Shown here: piece after piece, positions 12,280-26,000 of the stretch | How the letters are laid out: every line of letters starts with the position of its first letter | Position numbering within the stretch: the stretch's first letter is position 1 | From: Auanema rhodensis | Lineage: Eukaryota > Animalia > Nematoda | DNA length: 64,000 bases | Direction of reading: 5' to 3' | NCBI GenBank assembly: GCA_964057225.1 | Contig: OZ059894.1 | Span: 21,142,001-21,206,000 of the forward strand | The notes under the pieces: model-generated | Told to the model about the DNA's origin: nothing | Seen by the model: the letters and a program-made list of their open reading frames with translations, nothing else | The model's database searches: none | Program-made: the position numbers and the translations under genes

Positions 12280-15200
12280 AGCTTAAAAATCCGCATCGAA
12301 TGCACTATACTACATCGAGAAACGCTTGATACAAAAATTAGTTATGATCGTTTGAAAAATGATGCATTAGTGTATGTTGAGTTTCCATGTACACTCAACA
12401 TTGCTTCCAAAAACATTTTGACAAAAATTTTTTCGAAAAATTTCAAAATAATTTAGCAAAAAGTAGATGTTTTTAGATTCCATTTTTCAAGGGAAAGACG
12501 ATAGACAATGTTATTCAACGAAAAAATTAATTCTTCAGGGTGAAAATCGAGGATATAAGTGTGAACTTATATCAGTTGATATCTCGGTGCATTTTTAAGC
12601 TAGCGCAAATCTGATAACACAGATCGACGCAGCTTAAAAATCCGCATCGAATGCACTATACTACATTGAGAAACGCTTGATACAAAAATTAGTTATGATT
12701 GTTTGAAAAATGATGCATTAGTGTATGTTGAGTTTCCATGTACACTCAACATTGCTTCCAAAAACATTTTGACAAAAATTTTTTCGAAAAATTTCAAAAT
12801 AATTTAGCAAAAAGTAGATGTTTTTAGATTCCATTTTTCAAGGCAAAGACGATAGACAATGTTATTCAACGAAAAAATTAATTCTTCAGGGTGAAAATCG
12901 AGGATATAAGTGTGAACTTATATCAGTTGATATCTCGGTGCATTTTTAAGCTAGCGCAAATCTGATAACACAGATCGACGCAGCTTAAAAATCCGCATCG
13001 AATGCACTATACTACATCAAGAAACGCTTGATACAAAAATTAGTTATGATCGTTTGAAAAATGATGCATTAGTGTATGTTGAGTTTCCATGTACACTCAA
13101 CATTGCTTCCAAAAACATTTTGACAAAAATTTTTTCGAAAAATTTCAAAATAATTTAGCAAAAAGTAGATGTTTTTTAGATTCCATTTTTCAAGGCAAAG
13201 ACGATAGACAATGTTATTCAACGAAAAAATTAATTCTTCAGGGTGAAAATCGAGGATATAAGTGTGAACTTGTATCAGTTGATATCTCGGTGCATTTTTA
13301 AGCTAGCGCAAATCTGATAACACAGATCGACGCAGCTTAAAAATCCGCATCGAATGCACTATACTACATCAAGAAACGCTTGATACAAAAATTAGTTATG
13401 ATCGTTTGAAAAATGATGCATTAGTGTATGTTGAGTTTCCATGTACACTCAACATTGCTTCCAAAAACATTTTGACAAAAATTTTTTCGAAAAATTTCAA
13501 AATAATTTAGCAAAAAGTAGATGTTTTCAGATTCCTTTTTTTTAGGCAAAGACGATGGACAATGTTATTCAACGAAAAAATTAATTCTTCAGGGTGAAAA
13601 TCGAGGATATAAGTGTGAACTTATATCAGTTGATATCTCGGTGCATTTTTAAGCTAGCGCAAATCTGATAACACAGATCGACGCAGCTTAAAAATCCGCA
13701 TCGAATGCACTATACTACATCGAGAAACGCTTGATACAAAAATTAGTTATGATCGTTTGAAAAATGATGCATTAGTGTATGTTGAGTTTCCATGTACACT
13801 CAACATTGCTTCCAAAAACATTTTGACAAAAATTTTTTCGAAAAATTTCAAGATAATTTAGCAAAAAGTAGATGTTTTTAGATTCCATTTTTCAAGGCAA
13901 AGACGATAGACAATGTTATTCAACGAAAAAATTAATTCTTCAGGGTGAAAATCGAGGATATAAGTGTGAACTTATATCAGTTGATATCTCGGTGCATTTT
14001 TAAGCTAGCGCAAATCTGATAACACAGATCGACGCAGCTTAAAAATCCGCATCGAATGCACTATACTACATTGAGAAACGCTTGATACAAAAATTAGTTA
14101 TGATCGTTTGAAAAATGATGCATTAGTGTATGTTGAGTTTCCATGTACACTCAACATTGCTTCCAAAAACATTTTGACAAAAGTTTTTCGAAAAATTTCA
14201 AGATAATTTAGCAAAAAGTAGATGTTTTTAGATTCCATTTTTCAAGGCAAAGACGATGGACAATGTTATTCAACGAAAAAATTAATTCTTCAGGGTGAAA
14301 ATCGAGGATATAAGTGTGAACTTATATCAGTTGATATCTCGGTGCATTTTTAAGCTAGCGCAAATCTGATAACACAGATCGACGCAGCTTAAAAATCCGC
14401 ATCGAATGCACTATACTACATCGAGAAACGCTTGATACAAAAATTAGTTATGATCGTTTGAAAAATGATGCATTAGTGTATGTTGAGTTTCCATGTACAC
14501 TCAACATTGCTTCCAAAAACATTTTGACAAAAATTTTTTCGAAAAATTTCAAAATAATTTAGCAAAAAGTAGATGTTTTTAGATTCCATTTTTCAAGGGA
14601 AAGACGATAGACAATGTTATTCAACGAAAAAATTAATTCTTCAGGGTGAAAATCGAGGATATAAGTGTGAACTTATATCAGTTGATATCTCGGTGCATTT
14701 TTAAGCTAGCGCAAATCTGATAACACAGATCGACGCAGCTTAAAAATCCGCATCGAATGCACTATACTACATTGAGAAACGCTTGATACAAAAATTAGTT
14801 ATGATTGTTTGAAAAATGATGCATTAGTGTATGTTGAGTTTCCATGTACACTCAACATTGCTTCCAAAAACATTTTGACAAAAATTTTTTCGAAAAATTT
14901 CAAAATAATTTAGCAAAAAGTAGATGTTTTTAGATTCCATTTTTCAAGGCAAAGACGATAGACAATGTTATTCAACGAAAAAATTAATTCTTCAGGGTGA
15001 AAATCGAGGATATAAGTGTGAACTTATATCAGTTGATATCTCGGTGCATTTTTAAGCTAGCGCAAATCTGATAACACAGATCGACGCAGCTTAAAAATCC
15101 GCATCGAATGCACTATACTACATCAAGAAACGCTTGATACAAAAATTAGTTATGATCGTTTGAAAAATGATGCATTAGTGTATGTTGAGTTTCCATGTAC

Positions 15201-17897
15201 ACTCAACATTGCTTCCAAAAACATTTTGACAAAAATTTTTTCGAAAAATTTCAAAATAATTTAGCAAAAAGTAGATGTTTTTTAGATTCCATTTTTCAAG
15301 GCAAAGACGATAGACAATGTTATTCAACGAAAAAATTAATTCTTCAGGGTGAAAATCGAGGATATAAGTGTGAACTTGTATCAGTTGATATCTCGGTGCA
15401 TTTTTAAGCTAGCGCAAATCTGATAACACAGATCGACGCAGCTTAAAAATCCGCATCGAATGCACTATACTACATCAAGAAACGCTTGATACAAAAATTA
15501 GTTATGATCGTTTGAAAAATGATGCATTAGTGTATGTTGAGTTTCCATGTACACTCAACATTGCTTCCAAAAACATTTTGACAAAAATTTTTTCGAAAAA
15601 TTTCAAAATAATTTAGCAAAAAGTAGATGTTTTCAGATTCCTTTTTTTAAGGCAAAGACGATGGACAATGTTATTCAACGAAAAAATTAATTCTTCAGGG
15701 TGAAAATCGAGGATATAAGTGTGAACTTATATCAGTTGATATCTCGGTGCATTTTTAAGCTAGCGCAAATCTGATAACACAGATCGACGCAGCTTAAAAA
15801 TCCGCATCGAATGCACTATACTACATCGAGAAACGCTTGATACAAAAATTAGTTATGATCGTTTGAAAAATGATGCATTAGTGTATGTTGAGTTTCCATG
15901 TACACTCAACATTGCTTCCAAAAACATTTTGACAAAAATTTTTTCGAAAAATTTCAAAATAATTTAGCAAAAAGTAGATGTTTTTAGATTCCATTTTTCA
16001 AGGCAAAGACGATAGACAATGTTATTCAACGAAAAAATTAATTCTTCAGGGTGAAAATCGAGGATATAAGTGTGAACTTATATCAGTTGATATCTCGGTG
16101 CATTTTTAAGCTAGCGCAAATCTGATAACACAGATCGACGCAGCTTAAAAATCCGCATCGAATGCACTATACTACATCGAGAAACGCTTGATACAAAAAT
16201 TAGTTATGATCGTTTGAAAAATGATGCATTAGTGTATGTTGAGTTTCCATGTACACTCAACATTGCTTCCAAAAACATTTTGACAAAAATTTTTTCGAAA
16301 AATTTCAAAATAATTTAGCAAAAAGTAGATGTTTTTAGATTCCATTTTTCAAGGCAAAGACGATAGACAATGTTATTCAACGAAAAAATTAATTCTTCAG
16401 GGTGAAAATCGAGGATATAAGTGTGAACTTATATCAGTTGATATCTCGGTGCATTTTTAAGCTAGCGCAAATCTGATAACACAGATCGACGCAGCTTAAA
16501 AATCCGCATCGAATGCACTATACTACATCAAGAAACGCTTGATACAAAAATTAGTTATGATCGTTTGAAAAATGATGCATTAGTGTATGTTGAGTTTCCA
16601 TGTACACTCAACATTGCTTCCAAAAACATTTTGACAAAAATTTTTTCGAAAAATTTCAAAATAATTTAGCAAAAAGTAGATGTTTTTTAGATTCCATTTT
16701 TCAAGGCAAAGACGATAGACAATGTTATTCAACGAAAAAATTAATTCTTCAGGGTGAAAATCGAGGATATAAGTGTGAACTTGTATCAGTTGATATCTCG
16801 GTGCATTTTTAAGCTAGCGCAAATCTGATAACACAGATCGACGCAGCTTAAAAATCCGCATCGAATGCACTAGACTACATCAAGAAACGCTTGATACAAA
16901 AATTAGTTATGATCGTTTGAAAAATGATGCATTAGTGTATGTTGAGTTTCCATGTACACTCAACATTGCTTCCAAAAACATTTTGACAAAAATTTTTTCG
17001 AAAAATTTCAAAATAATTTAGCAAAAAGTAGATGTTTTTATATTCCATTTTTCAAGGCAAAGACGATAGACAATGTTATTCAACGAAAAAATTAATTCTT
17101 CAGGGTGAAAATCGAGGATACAAGTGTGAACTTGTATCAGTTGATATCTCGGTGCATTTTTAAGCTAGCGCAAATCTGATAACACAGATCGACGCAGCTT
17201 AAAAATCCGCATCGAATGCACTATACTACATCAAGAAACGCTTGATACAAAAATTAGTTATGATCGTTTGAAAAATGATGCATTAGTGTATGTTGAGTTT
17301 CCATGTACACTCAACATTGCTTCCAAAAACATTTTGACAAAAATTTTTTCGAAAAATTTCAAAATAATTTAGCAAAAAGTAGATGTTTTTAGATTCCTTT
17401 TTTTAAGGCAAAGACGATGGACAATGTTATTCAACGAAAAAATTAATTCTTCAGGGTGAAAATCGAGGATATAAGTGTGAACTTATATCAGTTGATATCT
17501 CGGTGCATTTTTAAGCTAGCGCAAATCTGATAACACAGATCGACGCAGCTTAAAAATCCGCATCGAATGCACTATACTACATTGAGAAACGCTTGATACA
17601 AAAATTAGTTATGATCGTTTGAAAAATGATGCATTAGTGTATGTTGAGTTTCCATGTACACACAACATTGCTTCCAAAAACATTTTGACAAAAATTTTTT
17701 CGAAAAATTTCAAAATAATTTAGCAAAAAGTAGATGTTTTTAGATTCCTTTTCTTAAGGCAAAGACGATGGACAATGTTATTCAACGAAAAAATTAATTC
17801 TTCAGGGTGAAAATCGAGGATATAAGTGTGAACTTATATCAGTTGATATCTCGGTGCATTTTTAAGCTAGCGCAAATCTGATAACACAGATCGACGC

Positions 17898-20000
17898 AGC
17901 TTAAAAATCCGCATCGAATGCACTATACTACATCGAGAAACGCTTGATACAAAAATTAGTTATGATCGTTTGAAAAATGATGCATTAGTGTATGTTGAGT
18001 TTCCATGTACACTCAACATTGCTTCCAAAAACATTTTGACAAAAATTTTTTCGAAAAATTTCAAGATAATTTAGCAAAAAGTAGATGTTTTTAGATTCCA
18101 TTTTTCAAGGCAAAGACGATAGACAATGTTATTCAACGAAAAAATTAATTCTTCAGGGTGAAAATCGAGGATATAAGTGTGAACTTATATCAGTTGATAT
18201 CTCGGTGCATTTTTAAGCTAGCGCAAATCTGATAACACAGATCGACGCAGCTTAAAAATCCGCATCGAATGCACTATACTACATTGAGAAACGCTTGATA
18301 CAAAAATTAGTTATGATCGTTTGAAAAATGATGCATTAGTGTATGTTGAGTTTCCATGTACACTCAACATTGCTTCCAAAAACATTTTGACAAAAGTTTT
18401 TCGAAAAATTTCAAGATAATTTAGCAAAAAGTAGATGTTTTTAGATTCCATTTTTCAAGGCAAAGACGATGGACAATGTTATTCAACGAAAAAATTAATT
18501 CTTCAGGGTGAAAATCGAGGATATAAGTGTGAACTTATATCAGTTGATATCTCGGTGCATTTTTAAGCTAGCGCAAATCTGATAACACAGATCGACGCAG
18601 CTTAAAAATCCGCATCGAATGCACTATACTACATCGAGAAACGCTTGATACAAAAATTAGTTATGATCGTTTGAAAAATGATGCATTAGTGTATGTTGAG
18701 TTTCCATGTACACTCAACATTGCTTCCAAAAACATTTTGACAAAAATTTTTTCGAAAAATTTCAAGATAATTTAGCAAAAAGTAGATGTTTTTAGATTCC
18801 ATTTTTCAAGGCAAAGACGATAGACAATGTTATTCAACGAAAAAATTAATTCTTCAGGGTGAAAATCGAGGATATAAGTGTGAACTTATATCAGTTGATA
18901 TCTCGGTGCATTTTTAAGCTAGCGCAAATCTGATAACACAGATCGACGCAGCTTAAAAATCCGCATCGAATGCACTATACTACATTGAGAAACGCTTGAT
19001 ACAAAAATTAGTTATGATCGTTTGAAAAATGATGCATTAGTGTATGTTGAGTTTCCATGTACACTCAACATTGCTTCCAAAAACATTTTGACAAAAGTTT
19101 TTCGAAAAATTTCAAGATAATTTAGCAAAAAGTAGATGTTTTTAGATTCCATTTTTCAAGGCAAAGACGATGGACAATGTTATTCAACGAAAAAATTAAT
19201 TCTTCAGGGTGAAAATCGAGGATATAAGTGTGAACTTATATCAGTTGATATCTCGGTGCATTTTTAAGCTAGCGCAAATCTGATAACACAGATCGACGCA
19301 GCTTAAAAATCCGCATCGAATGCACTATACTACATCGAGAAACGCTTGATACAAAAATTAGTTATGATCGTTTGAAAAATGATGCATTAGTGTATGTTGA
19401 GTTTCCATGTACACTCAACATTGCTTCCAAAAACATTTTGACAAAAATTTTTTCGAAAAATTTCAAGATAATTTAGCAAAAAGTAGATGTTTTTAGATTC
19501 CATTTTTCAAGGCAAAGACGATAGACAATGTTATTCAACGAAAAAATTAATTCTTCAGGGTGAAAATCGAGGATATAAGTGTGAACTTATATCAGTTGAT
19601 ATCTCGGTGCATTTTTAAGCTAGCGCAAATCTGATAACACAGATCGACGCAGCTTAAAAATCCGCATCGAATGCACTATACTACATTGAGAAACGCTTGA
19701 TACAAAAATTAGTTATGATCGTTTGAAAAATGATGCATTAGTGTATGTTGAGTTTCCATGTACACTCAACATTGCTTCCAAAAACATTTTGACAAAAGTT
19801 TTTCGAAAAATTTCAAGATAATTTAGCAAAAAGTAGATGTTTTTAGATTCCATTTTTCAAGGCAAAGACGATGGACAATGTTATTCAACGAAAAAATTAA
19901 TTCTTCAGGGTGAAAATCGAGGATATAAGTGTGAACTTATATCAGTTGATATCTCGGTGCATTTTTAAGCTAGCGCAAATCTGATAACACAGATCGACGC
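17898..20000. repeat. 701-bp dimer higher-order repeat x3
   Basis: A 351-bp unit (CATCGAGA, CAAGAT, GATAG) alternates with a 350-bp unit (CATTGAGA, AAAAGTTTTT, GATGG). Dimers start at 17898, 18599 and 19300. Confidence 0.9.
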
Positions 20001-23000
20001 AGCTTAAAAATCCGCATCGAATGCACTATACTACATCGAGAAACGCTTGATACAAAAATTAGTTATGATCGTTTGAAAAATGATGCATTAGTGTATGTTG
20101 AGTTTCCATGTACACTCAACATTGCTTCCAAAAACATTTTGACAAAAATTTTTTCGAAAAATTTCAAAATAATTTAGCAAAAAGTAGATGTTTTTAGATT
20201 CCATTTTTCAAGGGAAAGACGATAGACAATGTTATTCAACGAAAAAATTAATTCTTCAGGGTGAAAATCGAGGATATAAGTGTGAACTTATATCAGTTGA
20301 TATCTCGGTGCATTTTTAAGCTAGCGCAAATCTGATAACACAGATCGACGCAGCTTAAAAATCCGCATCGAATGCACTATACTACATTGAGAAACGCTTG
20401 ATACAAAAATTAGTTATGATTGTTTGAAAAATGATGCATTAGTGTATGTTGAGTTTCCATGTACACTCAACATTGCTTCCAAAAACATTTTGACAAAAAT
20501 TTTTTCGAAAAATTTCAAAATAATTTAGCAAAAAGTAGATGTTTTTAGATTCCATTTTTCAAGGCAAAGACGATAGACAATGTTATTCAACGAAAAAATT
20601 AATTCTTCAGGGTGAAAATCGAGGATATAAGTGTGAACTTATATCAGTTGATATCTCGGTGCATTTTTAAGCTAGCGCAAATCTGATAACACAGATCGAC
20701 GCAGCTTAAAAATCCGCATCGAATGCACTATACTACATCAAGAAACGCTTGATACAAAAATTAGTTATGATCGTTTGAAAAATGATGCATTAGTGTATGT
20801 TGAGTTTCCACGTACACTCAACATTGCTTCCAAAAACATTTTGACAAAAATTTTTTCGAAAAATTTCAAAATAATTTAGCAAAAAGTAGATGTTTTTTAG
20901 ATTCCATTTTTCAAGGCAAAGACGATAGATAATGTTATTCAACGAAAAAATTAATTCTTCAGGGTGAAAATCGAGGATATAAGTGTGAACTTGTATCAGT
21001 TGATATCTCGGTGCATTTTTAAGCTAGCGCAAATCTGATAACACAGATCGACGCAGCTTAAAAATCCGCATCGAATGCACTATACTACATCAAGAAACGC
21101 TTGATACAAAAATTAGTTATGATCGTTTGAAAAATGATGCATTAGTGTATGTTGAGTTTCCATGTACACTCAACATTGCTTCCAAAAACATTTTGACAAA
21201 AATTTTTTCGAAAAATTTCAAAATAATTTAGCAAAAAGTAGATGTTTTCAGATTCCTTTTTTTAAGGCAAAGACGATGGACAATGTTATTCAACGAAAAA
21301 ATTAATTCTTCAGGGTGAAAATCGAGGATATAAGTGTGAACTTATATCAGTTGATATCTCGGTGCATTTTTAAGCTAGCGCAAATCTGATAACACAGATC
21401 GACGCAGCTTAAAAATCCGCATCGAATGCACTATACTACATCGAGAAACGCTTGATACAAAAATTAGTTATGATCGTTTGAAAAATGATGCATTAGTGTA
21501 TGTTGAGTTTCCATGTACACTCAACATTGCTTCCAAAAACATTTTGACAAAAATTTTTTCGAAAAATTTCAAAATAATTTAGCAAAAAGTAGATGTTTTT
21601 AGATTCCATTTTTCAAGGCAAAGACGATAGACAATGTTATTCAACGAAAAAATTAATTCTTCAGGGTGAAAATCGAGGATATAAGTGTGAACTTATATCA
21701 GTTGATATCTCGGTGCATTTTTAAGCTAGCGCAAATCTGATAACACAGATCGACGCAGCTTAAAAATCCGCATCGAATGCACTATACTACATTGAGAAAC
21801 GCTTGATACAAAAATTAGTTATGATTGTTTGAAAAATGATGCATTAGTGTATGTTGAGTTTCCATGTACACTCAACATTGCTTCCAAAAACATTTTGACA
21901 AAAATTTTTTCGAAAAATTTCAAAATAATTTAGCAAAAAGTAGATGTTTTTAGATTCCATTTTTCAAGGCAAAGACGATAGACAATGTTATTCAACGAAA
22001 AAATTAATTCTTCAGGGTGAAAATCGAGGATATAAGTGTGAACTTATATCAGTTGATATCTCGGTGCATTTTTAAGCTAGCGCAAATCTGATAACACAGA
22101 TCGACGCAGCTTAAAAATCCGCATCGAATGCACTATACTACATCAAGAAACGCTTGATACAAAAATTAGTTATGATCGTTTGAAAAATGATGCATTAGTG
22201 TATGTTGAGTTTCCATGTACACTCAACATTGCTTCCAAAAACATTTTGACAAAAATTTTTTCGAAAAATTTCAAAATAATTTAGCAAAAAGTAGATGTTT
22301 TTTAGATTCCATTTTTCAAGGCAAAGACGATAGACAATGTTATTCAACGAAAAAATTAATTCTTCAGGGTGAAAATCGAGGATATAAGTGTGAACTTGTA
22401 TCAGTTGATATCTCGGTGCATTTTTAAGCTAGCGCACATCTGATAACACAGATCGACGCAGCTTAAAAATCCGCATCGAATGCACTATACTACATCAAGA
22501 AACGCTTGATACAAAAATTAGTTATGATCGTTTGAAAAATGATGCATTAGTGTATGTTGAGTTTCCATGTACACTCAACATTGCTTCCAAAAACATTTTG
22601 ACAAAAATTTTTTCGAAAAATTTCAAAATAATTTAGCAAAAAGTAGATGTTTTCAGATTCCTTTTTTTAAGGCAAAGACGATGGACAATGTTATTCAACG
22701 AAAAAATTAATTCTTCAGGGTGAAAATCGAGGATATAAGTGTGAACTTATATCAGTTGATATCTCGGTGCATTTTTAAGCTAGCGCAAATCTGATAACAC
22801 AGATCGACGCAGCTTAAAAATCCGCATCGAATGCACTAGACTACATCAAGAAACGCTTGATACAAAAATTAGTTATGATCGTTTGAAAAATGATGCATTA
22901 GTGTATGTTGAGTTTCCATGTACACTCAACATTGCTTCCAAAAACATTTTGACAAAAATTTTTTCGAAAAATTTCAAAATAATTTAGCAAAAAGTAGATG

Positions 23001-26000
23001 TTTTTAGATTCCATTTTTCAAGGCAAAGACGATAGACAATGTTATTCAACGAAAAAATTAATTCTTCAGGGTGAAAATCGAGGATACAAGTGTGAACTTG
23101 TATCAGTTGATATCTCGGTGCATTTTTAAGCTAGCGCAAATCTGATAACACAGATCGACGCAGCTTAAAAATCCGCATCGAATGCACTATACTACATCAA
23201 GAAACGCTTGATACAAAAATTAGTTATGATCGTTTGAAAAATGATGCATTAGTGTATGTTGAGTTTCCATGTACACTCAACATTGCTTCCAAAAACATTT
23301 TGACAAAAATTTTTTCGAAAAATTTCAAAATAATTTAGCAAAAAGTAGATGTTTTTAGATTCCTTTTTTTAAGGCAAAGACGATGGACAATGTTATTCAA
23401 CGAAAAAATTAATTCTTCAGGGTGAAAATCGAGGATATAAGTGTGAACTTATATCAGTTGATATCTCGGTGCATTTTTAAGCTAGCGCAAATCTGATAAC
23501 ACAGATCGACGCAGCTTAAAAATCCGCATCGAATGCACTATACTACATTGAGAAACGCTTGATACAAAAATTAGTTATGATCGTTTGAAAAATGATGCAT
23601 TAGTGTATGTTGAGTTTCCATGTACACACAACATTGCTTCCAAAAACATTTTGACAAAAATTTTTTCGAAAAATTTCAAAATAATTTAGCAAAAAGTAGA
23701 TGTTTTTAGATTCCTTTTCTTAAGGCAAAGACGATGGACAATGTTATTCAACGAAAAAATTAATTCTTCAGGGTGAAAATCGAGGATATAAGTGTGAACT
23801 TATATCAGTTGATATCTCGGTGCATTTTTAAGCTAGCGCAAATCTGATAACACAGATCGACGCAGCTTGAAAATCCGCATCGAATGCACTATACTACATT
23901 GAGAAACGCTTAATACACAAATTAGTTATGATCGTTTGAAAAATGATGCATTAGTGTATGTTGAGTTTCCATGTACACTCAACATTGCTTCCAAAAACAT
24001 TTTGACAAAAATTTTTTCGAAAAATTTCAAAATAATTTAGCAAAAAGTAGATGTTTTTAGATTCCATTTTTCAAGGCAAAGACGATAGACAATGTTATTC
24101 AACGAAAAAATTAATTCTTCAGGGTGAAAATCGAGGATATAAGTGTGAACTTATATCAGTTGATATCTCGGTGCATTTTTAAGCTAGCGCAAATCTGATA
24201 ACACAGATCGACGCAGCTTAAAAATCCGCATCGAATGCACTATACTACATTGAGAAACGCTTGATACAAAAATTAGTTATGATCGTTTGAAAAATGATGC
24301 ATTAGTGTATGTTGAGTTTCCATGTACACACAACATTGCTTCCAAAAACATTTTGACAAAAATTTTTTCGAAAAATTTCAAAATAATTTAGCAAAAAGTA
24401 GATGTTTTTAGATTCCTTTTCTTAAGGCAAAGACGATGGACAATGTTATTCAACGAAAAAATTAATTCTTCAGGGTGAAAATCGAGGATATAAGTGTGAA
24501 CTTATATCAGTTGATATCTCGGTGCATTTTTAAGCTAGCGCAAATCTGATAACACAGATCGACGCAGCTTAAAAATCCGCATCGAATGCACTATACAACA
24601 TTGAGAAACGCTTAATACAAAAATTAGTTATGATCGTTTGAAAAATGATGCATTAGTGTGTGTTGAGTTTCCATGTACACTCAACATTGCTTCCAAAAAC
24701 ATTTTGACAAAAATTTTTTCGAAAAATTTCAAAATAATTTAGCAAAAAGTAGATGTTTTTAGATTCCATTTTTCAAGGCAAAGACGATAGACAAGGTTAT
24801 TCAACGAAAAAATTAATTCTTCAGGGTGAAAATCGAGGATATAAGTGTGAACTTATATCAGTTGATATCTCGGTGCATTTTTAAGCTAGCGCAAATCTGA
24901 TAACACAGATCGACGCAGCTTGAAAAACCGCATCGAATGCACTATGCTACATTAAGAAACGCTTAATACAAAAATTAGTTATGATCGTTTGAAAAATGAT
25001 GCATTAGTGTATGTTGAGTTTCCATGTACACTCAACATTGCTTCCAAAAACATTTTGACAAAAATTTTTTCGAAAAATTTCATAATAATTTAGCAAAAAG
25101 TAGATGTTTTTAGATTCCTGTTTTTAAGGCAAAGACGATGGACAATGTTATTCAACGAAAAAATTAATTCTTCAGGGTGAAAATCGAGGATATAAGTGTG
25201 AACTTATATCAGTTGATATCTCGGTGCATTTTTAAGCTAGCGCAAATTTGATAACACAGATCGACGCAGCTTAAAAATCCGCATCGAATGCACTATACTA
25301 CATTGAGAAACGCTTGATACAAAAATTAGTTATGTTCGTTTGAAAAATGATGCATTAGTGTATGTTGAGTTTCCATGTACACTCAACATTGCTTCAAAAA
25401 ACATTTTGACAAAAATTTTTTCGAAAAATTTCAAAATAATTTAGCAAAAAGTAGATGTTTTTAGATTCCTTTTTTTAAGGCAAAGACGATGGACAATGTT
25501 ATTCAACGAAAAAATTAATTCTTCAGGGTGAAAATCGAGGATATAAGTGTGAACTTATATCAGTTGATATCTCGGTGCATTTTTAAGCTAGCGCAAATTT
25601 GATAACACAGATCGACGCAGCTTAAAAATCCGCATCGAATGCACTATACTACATTGAGAAACGCTTGATACAAAAATTAGTTATGATCGTTTGAAAAATG
25701 ATGCATTAGTGTATGTTGAGTTTCCATGTACACTCAACATTGCTTCCAAAAACATTTTGACAAAAATTTTTTCGAAAAATTTCAAAATAATTTAGCAAAA
25801 AGTAGATGTTTTTAGATTCCATTTTTCAAGGCAAAGACGATAGACAATGTTATTCAACGAAAAAATTAATTCTTCAGGGTGAAAATCGAGGATATAAGTG
25901 TGAACTTATATCAGTTGATATCTCGGTGCATTTTTAAGCTAGCGCAAATCTGATAACACAGATCGACGCAGCTTAAAAATCCGCATCGAATGCACTATAC

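Noticed and set aside
1862-22427. Repeated 70-aa ORF MYTQHCFQKHF... on the + strand
   Set aside because: It exists only in 352-bp monomers, where an extra T in GATGTTTTTT shifts the frame past a stop. It has no recognisable domain, its F/K-rich composition reflects A/T tracts, and it is broken in most copies.
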